The notes under the pieces were generated by a model. That model ran no database searches and was not told where the DNA came from. It saw nothing but the letters and a program-made list of their open reading frames with translations. From assembly GCA_028279805.1 (NCBI GenBank), contig JANQMZ010000007.1, forward strand, positions 300,001 to 332,000: a DNA stretch of 32,000 nucleotides, in the 5' to 3' direction. Numbering within the stretch: position 1 is the first letter of the stretch; each line of letters begins with the position of its first letter. This document shows, piece after piece, positions 9,585-17,744 of the stretch. This DNA is from an archaeon (GTDB lineage Archaea > Iainarchaeota > Iainarchaeia > Iainarchaeales > JANQMZ01). A program made the translations under genes and the position numbers.

Positions 9585-11291
9585 TTGGGTTCATTTAAAA
9601 GCAGCAAGATAATTGAAAGTGTGTCAAAAAAAATGGCAGAAGAATTTTACTCACCTCTGCCGAAAGGCTATAAAAAAGGAAAAACAAAATTTGTCATTGT
9701 AACAGGCAGCGTAATTTCAGGTTTGGGCAAAGGAATGATTACAAGTTCTTTATGCAAGCTTTTTGCAGACCGCGGATTAAAAGTTGAACCAATGAAACTG
9801 GAGGCATATTTGAATGTTGATGCCGGAACATTAAGTCCTTTCAGGCATGGGGAAGTTTTTGTTTTGGATGACGGTTATGAAACGGATATGGATATGGGTT
9901 CATATGAAAGATTTGTTGACAAAAATCTGACAAAAGATTCTTTTGTTACATCTGGAAGAATTTACAAGCAAATGATTGAAAAGGAAAGAAAAGGCGGTTA
10001 TCTTGGAAGAGATGTTCAGTTTGTTCCGCATGTAACAGGGGAAATAAAAAAAATTGTAAGAAATCTGGCAGTGCAAAGCAAGGCAGACATTGTTTTAATT
10101 GAGGTTGGAGGAACAGTCGGAGATTATGAGAATATGTTTGCATTGGAAGCATTAAGACAGCTTGTTTATGAGGAAGGGAAGCAAAATTCGTGTTTTATTA
10201 ATGCAACCTATATTATTGAACCAAAATCTTTAGGCGAACATAAAAGCAAAGCAGCACAACTTGGTTTAAAAAATCTGATGAGCATTGGAATAATGCCTCA
10301 CATTGTTATCTGCAGGAGTATTACAAAAATTCCTCAAAAAATCAGGGAAAAAATTTCAATGAACAGCGGAATTCCTGTTGAAAATGTTATTGGAATGGAG
10401 GATATTGACGGCATTTATGAACTGCCATTGGAATTGAGGAAAAGAGGATTGGACGAACTTGTTTTGGAAAAATTAAAACTTGGCAAAAAGTTTAAGGCAA
10501 ATGACAAAAAATTAATTGAATGGACAAAACAGAATTCTGTTTCAAAAAATGCTCCAATTGTCAAAATAGGAATAGCAGGCAAATACACCGGCTTAAAAGA
10601 TTCTTATATCAGCATTTTAAAAGCATTAGAGCATTGTGAAGGAAAATTAAACAAAAAAGTTGAAATTGAATGGATTAATACACGATTGTTAGGCAAAGGA
10701 AACTTAAAAGAAAAAAAGAAGTTAAAAAAATTAAACGGAATAATTGTGCCGGGCGGATTCGGAAAAGACGGAATTGAAGGAAAAATAATGGTTGCAGAAT
10801 ATTGCAGAAAAAACAATGTTCCGTATCTTGGATTATGTTTAGGTTTTCAGATAGCATTAATTGAAATAGCCAGAAATGTTGCAAAAATAAAAAATGCAAA
10901 TTCAACAGAATTTGAATCAAACCCTGAAAATCCTGTAATTGACCCATTGGAAGAAACAAAAAAAATTGAAGGGTTAGGCGGAACAATGAGACTGGGAGGC
11001 AAAAATGTTGAAATAAAAAAAGGAACAAAAGCTTACAGGTTACATGGAAACAAAAACAAAATAAGGCGGAGATTCAGGCACAGGTTTGAATGCAACCCTG
11101 ATTATATTGAAACGTTTGAAAATTCTGGTGTAATGTTTTCAGGAAAAGCTCCAAAATTACCAATAATGCAAATACTTGAAATTCCAAAACACAAATTTTT
11201 TATGGGAACACAGTTTCACCCGGAATTTACTTCACGACCTTTAAACCCTGATCCCATATTTTTAGAATTTGTAAGGCAGGCGGGAAAATGA
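9585..11291 (+). CDS. pyrG: CTP synthase
   Basis: LGKGMITSSL, YLNVDAGTLSPFRHGEVFVLDDGYETDMD, VEVGGTVGDYE, GAT domain PGGFGKDG and YLGLCLGFQ, QFHPEFTS. TTG start as listed. Confidence 0.96.
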   Translation: MGSFKSSKIIESVSKKMAEEFYSPLPKGYKKGKTKFVIVTGSVISGLGKGMITSSLCKLFADRGLKVEPMKLEAYLNVDAGTLSPFRHGEVFVLDDGYETDMDMGSYERFVDKNLTKDSFVTSGRIYKQMIEKERKGGYLGRDVQFVPHVTGEIKKIVRNLAVQSKADIVLIEVGGTVGDYENMFALEALRQLVYEEGKQNSCFINATYIIEPKSLGEHKSKAAQLGLKNLMSIGIMPHIVICRSITKIPQKIREKISMNSGIPVENVIGMEDIDGIYELPLELRKRGLDELVLEKLKLGKKFKANDKKLIEWTKQNSVSKNAPIVKIGIAGKYTGLKDSYISILKALEHCEGKLNKKVEIEWINTRLLGKGNLKEKKKLKKLNGIIVPGGFGKDGIEGKIMVAEYCRKNNVPYLGLCLGFQIALIEIARNVAKIKNANSTEFESNPENPVIDPLEETKKIEGLGGTMRLGGKNVEIKKGTKAYRLHGNKNKIRRRFRHRFECNPDYIETFENSGVMFSGKAPKLPIMQILEIPKHKFFMGTQFHPEFTSRPLNPDPIFLEFVRQAGK

Positions 11292-11944
11292 TTGGAAAAT
11301 TCAGAAAAAAAATAAAACCTTTTTCAATGATGTTAGCAAAGCCTTTTGCATTGCTTGGAATTCATCCCAATATTGTTTCAATGCTTGCAATTCCTTTATC
11401 AGTTTTAGCTGTTTATTTTATTTTAATTGACAACGCAATAACAGGATTTGTATTTGCATTGCTTGCAGTGTCAATGGATTTGATTGACGGTTCAGTTGCA
11501 GAATTAACAAAAAAGAAAACAAATTTTGGAAACTATTTTGAAACAATGATAGACAAATATGTTGAAGTTATCCTGCTTTTGCCTTTGCTGGTGATTTTTC
11601 CGCTGCAAACATTTCTGGCATTAGGATTTGGGTTGATTGAAAGCTATGCAAAACCAAGAGCAGCATTAGTTGTTGTTGCCGATAACAAGGACTGGCCTGC
11701 AATAGGAGAACATGCTGAAAGAATAATATTAATACTGGCTTCAATAGGCGTTTTGATTTTTCACCCCAACCTGGATCTGGCGTTATATTACAGTTCTTTA
11801 ATAATGTGGTTGCTGGTAATAATAACATTTGTAGGCGGGATTCAAAGAATTTTCTACGCAAGAAATCTTATACATAATGCTGAAAAATCGGGAAAAATTT
11901 TACCATATTTAAAAATAAAAAAAACAAGGAGGAAAAAAAAATGA
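11288..11944 (+). CDS. CDP-alcohol phosphatidyltransferase family membrane protein
   Basis: DLIDGSVAELTKKKTNFGNYFETMIDKYVE, a variant of the family signature; multiple TM segments; ATGA overlap with pyrG. Confidence 0.88.
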   Translation: MIGKFRKKIKPFSMMLAKPFALLGIHPNIVSMLAIPLSVLAVYFILIDNAITGFVFALLAVSMDLIDGSVAELTKKKTNFGNYFETMIDKYVEVILLLPLLVIFPLQTFLALGFGLIESYAKPRAALVVVADNKDWPAIGEHAERIILILASIGVLIFHPNLDLALYYSSLIMWLLVIITFVGGIQRIFYARNLIHNAEKSGKILPYLKIKKTRRKKK

Positions 11945-12267
11945 TTTCATTTAAAGATTTTTCAAAAGTTGAAATGAAAGCTGCCAAAATTAAAAAAGTT
12001 GAGGACATTGAAGGAAAAGACAGGCTTTACCTGTTACATATTAATGTTGGCGGTGATGACAACAGGACAATGTTGTCAGGAATTAAAGAATTTTATTCAA
12101 AAGAAGAATTAACAGGAAAAACTGTTGCCGTTGTTTCCAACCTGGAACCAATGAAAATAGGGGAAAATGAAAGCCAGGCAATGGTGCTGGCTGCAAAAAA
12201 CAGCAAAAATGAATACAAAGTTGTTTTTCTGGATGAATCAATTGAACCGGGAACAAAATTAGAGTAA
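11941..12267 (+). CDS. tRNA-binding OB-fold protein, MetRS beta/C-terminal-like
   Basis: VEMKAAKIKKVEDIEGKDRLYLLHINVG...NLEPMKIGENESQAMVLAA; ATGA overlap with upstream gene. Confidence 0.88.
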   Translation: MISFKDFSKVEMKAAKIKKVEDIEGKDRLYLLHINVGGDDNRTMLSGIKEFYSKEELTGKTVAVVSNLEPMKIGENESQAMVLAAKNSKNEYKVVFLDESIEPGTKLE

Positions 12268-13416
12268 TGTTGCAATAAAAGCAAATCCTAAAATTGTTCC
12301 GATTGTTGAACCAATGTTTGTAAACGCTGTTACGAGTAAAATTTTTGTAACCCTGTTTTTGTTAAAATCCGAATAAGATTCCAATTCTGACAATGTTTCA
12401 AAATCTTTAACCTGCGGCATGGAAATTTTTGCCTCTGTTAATCCTGCAAACCATCCGGCTGCCAGAGCAGGATGCAATGAAGTTAAAGGTGAAGCCAAAA
12501 AAGCGGTTATAATTGATTTCCAGTGAGCTCTTGCTATTAAAGCGCCTAAAGCTGACAACGAACCATTAATTATTATCCAGTAAAACAAAATATTCAAAGT
12601 TGTTTCAAAGCCTTTGAAATAAAAACCCCAGCCAATTGCCAGAACAAAAATTAAAGGAACAACAAATTTTAAAAATCTTAAAACAGATGCTTTTTTTGGA
12701 ATTGTATTTAATTCTGAAATGTTTCTTTTTTTATTCAAATATTTTTTTATTCCGCTTAAATGCCCGGCACCTACAACTGCAACAATTTTTTCAGCTTTAA
12801 CAGCCAAAATCATGTTGGCAATAAACATATCCCTTTCATTAACCAAAACATTGGATACTGATGGCAGTTCTTTTGACAGTTCCTGCATTAACTGATTCAT
12901 TACATCTTTTTGTTTTAATTTTTCAACTTTTTCAGCTGTTAATTCTTCTCCAAATCCGAAAAAAGACAATAAAACAATCCAGAACAGTTTTAGTTTTTCA
13001 AAAAAAGGCATTTTAGCCAGAGCTCTTTTTAATGTAACTCTGACATCCCTGTCAAGCAAAACAATTGGAATTTTTTCTTTTTTAGCCAGGTCAACAGCTT
13101 TTTTCATTTCCGCACCGGGCAAAACTCCGACTTGTTTTCCCAGTTTTTTCTGAATGTTTGAAAGCAACAGGTTTAACAAAAGCAGGTAAGTTTTTCCGCC
13201 GCGTATTACCTCCAAAATATTCATTTGTCTCCATTTTTTTGGAGACTGTAATTGCTGCAATCTTGCCAAATCCAATTCTACACCTATAACATCAGGCTTT
13301 TCTTCTGTAATAGTCTTTTCAACAAGTTCAACGCTTTGTTTGCTTATATGTGCGGTTCCAATAAGCACAATTTCCTTGTTTTCATATTTTAATTTTTCAA
13401 CTTCAACATCAGACAT
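12259..13416 (-). CDS. TraB family protein
   Basis: VLIGTAHISKQSVELVE, DVIGVELDLARLQ, VVGAGHLSGI; C-terminal TM segments. Confidence 0.9.
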   Translation of the reverse strand: MSDVEVEKLKYENKEIVLIGTAHISKQSVELVEKTITEEKPDVIGVELDLARLQQLQSPKKWRQMNILEVIRGGKTYLLLLNLLLSNIQKKLGKQVGVLPGAEMKKAVDLAKKEKIPIVLLDRDVRVTLKRALAKMPFFEKLKLFWIVLLSFFGFGEELTAEKVEKLKQKDVMNQLMQELSKELPSVSNVLVNERDMFIANMILAVKAEKIVAVVGAGHLSGIKKYLNKKRNISELNTIPKKASVLRFLKFVVPLIFVLAIGWGFYFKGFETTLNILFYWIIINGSLSALGALIARAHWKSIITAFLASPLTSLHPALAAGWFAGLTEAKISMPQVKDFETLSELESYSDFNKNRVTKILLVTAFTNIGSTIGTILGFAFIATLL

Positions 13417-14094
13417 TTAATCATCCTTGTCTTCAATCAAATCCCATTTGGCAAGCTGTGTTAAAAAATGAACTTTTTGGGGTGCTTGTCTGCCTGAAAA
13501 AACTGCTTTGCCTTTTTTCATTAACCTGCGGGCTTCTTCCAAATCATCAGTGTCAACTTCAATGAAAGCATTGCCAATTTCATTTGGAGTATGAGAATCT
13601 GAACCGGCAGTAAAAGGCAAGCTGTTTTTTTCAATAATTTTTTTAGCATGATTGTTAAAAATTTTTAACTGGCATCTTGCATTGAATATTTCAAACGCGT
13701 CAACTTTTTTTTTCATTGCCTCAAACCATTCTTTTTTTCTGAACTCGGGGCTTCTCAGCCTGTCAAAAGGATGAACAATTGTTACAAAAGCATCCTGTTC
13801 CCTGAGTTTGTCCAAAACTTCCCAAACGTTTCCCCGTGGAATCTCTTCATTCATGAACAAGCCGACAAATTCTCCTAAAAATTTTCCGTTTTCTTCAACT
13901 TTTATTTCTTCACCCAAAATTGCGTCATGCTTAAATTCTCTTGCATAATTTGAAATGTCCTTCCAAGCTCCCGTGTTGTTGTGGTCGGTTACCGCAACAA
14001 CCACATCCTTTTCTTTTGAAATTCTGACAAGATTTTTTGGAATAGTTATAGCATCATGAGAATGATGAGTATGATTATGCAAATCCAGTTTCAT
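13417..14094 (-). CDS. PHP domain protein (putative metal-dependent phosphoesterase)
   Basis: MKLDLHNHTHHSHDA, AVTDHNNT, PFTAGSDSH. Start moved from 14157 to the MKLDLHNH methionine, with an AGGTG motif upstream. Confidence 0.9.
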   Translation of the reverse strand: MKLDLHNHTHHSHDAITIPKNLVRISKEKDVVVAVTDHNNTGAWKDISNYAREFKHDAILGEEIKVEENGKFLGEFVGLFMNEEIPRGNVWEVLDKLREQDAFVTIVHPFDRLRSPEFRKKEWFEAMKKKVDAFEIFNARCQLKIFNNHAKKIIEKNSLPFTAGSDSHTPNEIGNAFIEVDTDDLEEARRLMKKGKAVFSGRQAPQKVHFLTQLAKWDLIEDKDD

Positions 14095-14192
14095 AAAAGG
14101 CACCTGATAAGTAAAAAAACACCAAATTTGTTTTAAATAGGTATTGAATTTAAGCAAAATTATAAAATAAAAGAAAATATTTTATATTAAAC

Positions 14193-14699
14193 ATGAGAAA
14201 ACCAAGAAAAAATAATGCAAAAATTGCTTTAGTCAAAAGAAGACAAAGCAGCATTTACCGGGAGGAAAAAGTGCCCATTAGCTCGTTGAGATCTGTTAAA
14301 TCAAACCAGCCTCTTGAAGCCGGAGATTTAGTGCATGTCAGAGTTTCCCATCCGAATCCAGAAGCAGGTTTTAGTTATGAGTTAGAGAGAACCTTTTTGG
14401 AAAAACTTTTAGGAAAACCTAAAAGTACAATAATATACCCAAAAAGAGGAGATTTTATTGGATTTTATGAACAGGATGGAACAATAGTGGTTCATGGTTT
14501 CCAAGCAAGAGATGAAAAAGGCGGATTTTTTACAGTTGTCAAGGCTTCTTCTAGATTGATGAGAATAAGAGTTTTAACTCCGGAAGAATATGCTAAAATT
14601 GATGCAGAAAAATTGAGAAAAGAAAGGAAAAAAGGTAGGGAAAATTTCTATAGAAGACTGGTAATGGGAAGAATTCAAAGAGTTGAATTTGTTGAATGA
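14193..14699 (+). CDS. Hypothetical basic protein, 168 aa
   Basis: Clear ORF with less AT-biased codon use and AT-rich promoter-like upstream sequence; family not recognised. Confidence 0.75.
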   Translation: MRKPRKNNAKIALVKRRQSSIYREEKVPISSLRSVKSNQPLEAGDLVHVRVSHPNPEAGFSYELERTFLEKLLGKPKSTIIYPKRGDFIGFYEQDGTIVVHGFQARDEKGGFFTVVKASSRLMRIRVLTPEEYAKIDAEKLRKERKKGRENFYRRLVMGRIQRVEFVE

Positions 14700-14701
14700 A
14701 A

Positions 14702-15874
14702 TTAGTTTAACCCGCAGGCTTTTCTTAAAGCTTTAATTTTGTCAGTTTTTTCCCAGGTAAACTCTGATTCTTTTCTGCCAAAATGACCATAACAAGAAGT
14801 TTTTGAAAAAATTGGCCTTAACAAATTTAATTCTTTTATTATGCCTCCCGGGGACAAAGCAAAATTTTTCAAAACAGCTTTATGAATTTTTTTAACAGAA
14901 ACATTATTTGTGCCGAATGTATCAATAAAAACAGATAAAGGTTTTTTTGAACCGATAACATAGGATAATTGAACATCACATTTTTGAGCAAGCTTTGCTG
15001 CAACAATATTTTTGGCAATATGCCTTGCCTGATAAGCAGCAGACCTGTCCACTTTGGACGGGTCTTTTCCTGAAAAAGCGCCTCCACCATGAGAACCCAT
15101 GCCCCCATAAGTGTCAACAATAATTTTTCTGCCCGTGCAACCCGCATCAGCAACCGGCCCTCCAATGACAAACCTGCCGGTATTATTAATAAAATATTTT
15201 GTTTTATTGTCAATATATTTTTGACACACAGGCCTGATTACCTTGTTTAAAATATCTTTTCTTAATTTTGACATTAAAACATTTGAATCATGCTGTGCTG
15301 CCACAACAATGCTTGAAATTCTTTTAGGCTTGTTATTTTGATATTCAACTGTTACCTGTGTTTTGCCGTCAGGGCGCAAATAAGGCAAAGTTTTGTTTTT
15401 TCTCACCTGAGCCAAATGTTTTGCAAGTTTTTGGGCCACCATTATGGGCAAAGGCATTAATTCAGGTGTTTCATTTGCTGCAAAACCTGACATCATGCCC
15501 TGGTCTCCAGCACCAACGTCATGTTTTTCTTTTTTTGAATTAACACCTAAAGCAATATCAGGGCTTTGTTCGCTGATGCTTGTTAAAATTCCCACCGAAT
15601 TATAATCAAAACCATATTCCGGTTTTGTATAACCAATTTTTTTCAAAGTTTTTTTTGCAATTTCCGCAGCATTAAAAGAAGCTTTTGTTGAAATTTCCCC
15701 TGTTATTAGAATAAAACCGTTTCCTGCAACAGTTTCACATGCAACCCTGCCATGCTTGTCCTGTTTTAAAATTTCATCCAGAACAGCATCGGAAAGCTGG
15801 TCACAAACCTTGTCAGGATGCCCTTCAGTCATAGCCTCAGATGTAAAAGAATAAGTTAAGCCGCTTTGCCTCAT
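14702..15874 (-). CDS. metK: S-adenosylmethionine synthetase, bacterial/eukaryotic type
   Basis: FTSEAMTEGHPDKVCDQLSDAVLD, GAGDQGMMSGFA, GPVADAGCTGRKIIVDTYGG, GGGAFSGKDPSKVDRSAAY. Confidence 0.96.
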   Translation of the reverse strand: MRQSGLTYSFTSEAMTEGHPDKVCDQLSDAVLDEILKQDKHGRVACETVAGNGFILITGEISTKASFNAAEIAKKTLKKIGYTKPEYGFDYNSVGILTSISEQSPDIALGVNSKKEKHDVGAGDQGMMSGFAANETPELMPLPIMVAQKLAKHLAQVRKNKTLPYLRPDGKTQVTVEYQNNKPKRISSIVVAAQHDSNVLMSKLRKDILNKVIRPVCQKYIDNKTKYFINNTGRFVIGGPVADAGCTGRKIIVDTYGGMGSHGGGAFSGKDPSKVDRSAAYQARHIAKNIVAAKLAQKCDVQLSYVIGSKKPLSVFIDTFGTNNVSVKKIHKAVLKNFALSPGGIIKELNLLRPIFSKTSCYGHFGRKESEFTWEKTDKIKALRKACGLN

Positions 15875-16059
15875 AAACTCACCTAATTTTTATCAATAGG
15901 GCTAAAAAACGCTTAATAAGGTTTTGGTGCAAATCTGGTTTAATTAAAAGAATTTTAATGCTTTTTTTAGAAAAAAATTTATTAATAAGTTTTCATATTA
16001 TTTCTACAACAAAATTTGATTATAATAACAGTATTTGACATGTTTTCGGGGATTTTTTA

Positions 16060-16863
16060 ATGACAACTAATTTGTTAATGTGCAAGCCGGATTTTTTTAA
16101 AGTAAGTTATGAGATTAATCCGTGGATGCATGTTTACAATAAGGTAAACGAAAAAGTTGCATTAGAACAATGGGAAACTGTTGTTCAGAATCTTGAAAAT
16201 TTGAATGTAAAAATTGATTTGATTGAACAGGACAAAAACTTGCCTGATGAAGTGTTTACAGCAAACTTCGGAGTTGCTTTTAATAAAAAATTTTTAGCAA
16301 GCAATTTTAAATATGAGGAAAGGCAGCCTGAAAAAACAGAAGCAATTGAATGGTTTCAAAAAAACACAGATTATGATGTTGTGGAATTGCCTGAAAAATT
16401 TGAATTTGAAGGAAAAGGGGACATGCTTTATTCAAAAAATACGGCTGTTATTGCAAATGGTTACAGAACATCGGATGAAGCCATTAACCACATAAAAAAC
16501 ATTTTTCCGGAATTTAAAAAATATGTAAGAGTAAAATTAATCAACCCTAATTTTTACCATCTGGATACATGTTTTTCTTTTTTAAATGAAAAAACAATAA
16601 TGTTTTACCCGGAAGCATTTGAAAAAGAACAAGCACAACAATTTTATGAAATTACAGAAAATGTAATTGAAATAAGCAAAGAAGATGCTGAATATTTTGC
16701 ATGCAACAATGTAACGGTTAAAAATAAAATTTTGTTAAACAAAGCAAGCCAGGATTTACAGGACAAATTAAACAGTTACGGATTTGAACCAATTTTTTGC
16801 CCCACAAGCGAATTCATGAAAGCCGGCGGATCAATAAGATGCATGGTACTGGATTTAGACTAA
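16060..16863 (+). CDS. Amidinotransferase / dimethylarginine dimethylaminohydrolase-like protein
   Basis: FTANFGVAF, EFEGKGDMLYS, NFYHLDTCFSFL, C-terminal GGSIRCMVLDL with candidate catalytic Cys. Confidence 0.85.
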   Translation: MTTNLLMCKPDFFKVSYEINPWMHVYNKVNEKVALEQWETVVQNLENLNVKIDLIEQDKNLPDEVFTANFGVAFNKKFLASNFKYEERQPEKTEAIEWFQKNTDYDVVELPEKFEFEGKGDMLYSKNTAVIANGYRTSDEAINHIKNIFPEFKKYVRVKLINPNFYHLDTCFSFLNEKTIMFYPEAFEKEQAQQFYEITENVIEISKEDAEYFACNNVTVKNKILLNKASQDLQDKLNSYGFEPIFCPTSEFMKAGGSIRCMVLDLD

Positions 16864-16909
16864 AGCAAAGCCGGATTAATTCGATTTCTATCAAATAATA
16901 CAGGAATTG

Positions 16910-17103
16910 CGAGCAAAGCGAGCCAGTCTGATCATATTGTATAGTGGCAACCTGCGTGCTATTTAACAGCAAAACTTGCGTCAAAGGCGCCAATCCCAAC
17001 GCAGTTGGGATGTTCGTAGCCGGAACACCGGCTTTTTGCGCCCCAAGACGCCAGTGCCACTGAAAGTGGCACGACCCATAGCCGCGGTCAGGCGGCTTTT
17101 CAC
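16910..17103. ncRNA. Candidate structured non-coding RNA, strand unresolved
   Basis: About 60% GC over 16981-17100 in an AT-rich genome; perfect hairpins at 16993-17011, 17018-17033, 17054-17072 and 17080-17097, plus nested long-range pairings 16986-16990/17038-17042 and 16978-16982/17047-17051. Confidence 0.55.
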
Positions 17104-17124
17104 TTTGTCCCGTTAACCAAAAAG

Positions 17125-17134
17125 TATTTAAATA
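17125..17134. promoter_or_regulatory. Near-palindromic TATA-like box TATTTAAATA
   Basis: Suitably placed to drive the GC-rich island on the minus strand (predicted start about 17103) and/or the gene at 17196 on the plus strand. Confidence 0.45.
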
Positions 17135-17195
17135 ACATAGGCAGCAATAGTTACAACGTAATGTTATCAAATGAATACTGGAGGGTTTGTCTGTA

Positions 17196-17744
17196 ATGAG
17201 ATTTTTGTTGGCTTTTCTGGCTTTATTGCTTGTTTTTGGCAATGCTGCTGCATTCTCCCAAAATGATGTTTTGACACCCGGCAACATTTTTGTCGGTTCA
17301 GAAGTCAAAAATGTTACAATTACTGTTTCAAACGATTCATCTGTTGACAAGGATTTGGAACTGGGATTTATTGGCCCGAGAAATATTACTGTGGACTTTT
17401 TGAACGCTCCGGTCAAGATTGAGTCATTTGACTCTGTTGATATTACAATGAGAATCATTCCGGATGAAGAACCAAAACACACATCTTACAAGTCAACTTT
17501 AACGGTTTCATTGGGTGATGAGGTTGTTAACAGGCAGGTTAAAATAATTTTTGTCAACAAGGACGGGCAAACAGGGAATGCTGAACCTGGTTTGAATAAT
17601 CCGGGAACAGGTTTTTTCAGTTTTTTTTCACTGGAAGAATTTGGTTTGGAAAATTTTGGTTATACTGACCTGATTTTGACAATTATTGCAGTTGCTTTGA
17701 TTGCATTAGTCATAATTAAATTAAAAGAGCGTGGTGAAAAATGA
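17196..17744 (+). CDS. Secreted/membrane-anchored protein with one Ig-like beta domain and C-terminal TM
   Basis: Signal peptide MRFLLAFLALLLVFGNAAAF; GNIFVGSEVKNVTITVSND; C-terminal TM and KLKERGEK tail; GGAGGG 10 nt before ATG. Confidence 0.8.
   Translation: MRFLLAFLALLLVFGNAAAFSQNDVLTPGNIFVGSEVKNVTITVSNDSSVDKDLELGFIGPRNITVDFLNAPVKIESFDSVDITMRIIPDEEPKHTSYKSTLTVSLGDEVVNRQVKIIFVNKDGQTGNAEPGLNNPGTGFFSFFSLEEFGLENFGYTDLILTIIAVALIALVIIKLKERGEK

Noticed and set aside
12259-12267. 9-nt overlap of convergent genes as regulatory antisense
   Set aside because: Tight packing occurs throughout the window (also 1601/1602 and 25906/25907), so the overlap alone is not informative.
15875-16059. SAM riboswitch upstream of metK
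   Set aside because: The leader is AT-rich with no evident multi-helix SAM aptamer core; only an AGGTGAG ribosome site is convincing.
16910-17103. RNase P RNA, SRP RNA, 5S rRNA or tRNA
   Set aside because: I found no GAGGAAAG core, no SRP helix-8 GGAAG/GGAGCA-type signature, no 5S pattern beyond a short GAACAC-like match, and no cloverleaf or T-loop GTTCRANNC.
16814-17482. 222-aa minus-strand ORF across the GC-rich island
   Set aside because: It overlaps two better supported genes in antisense, has no recognisable domain, and is open mainly because it crosses the structured GC-rich segment.
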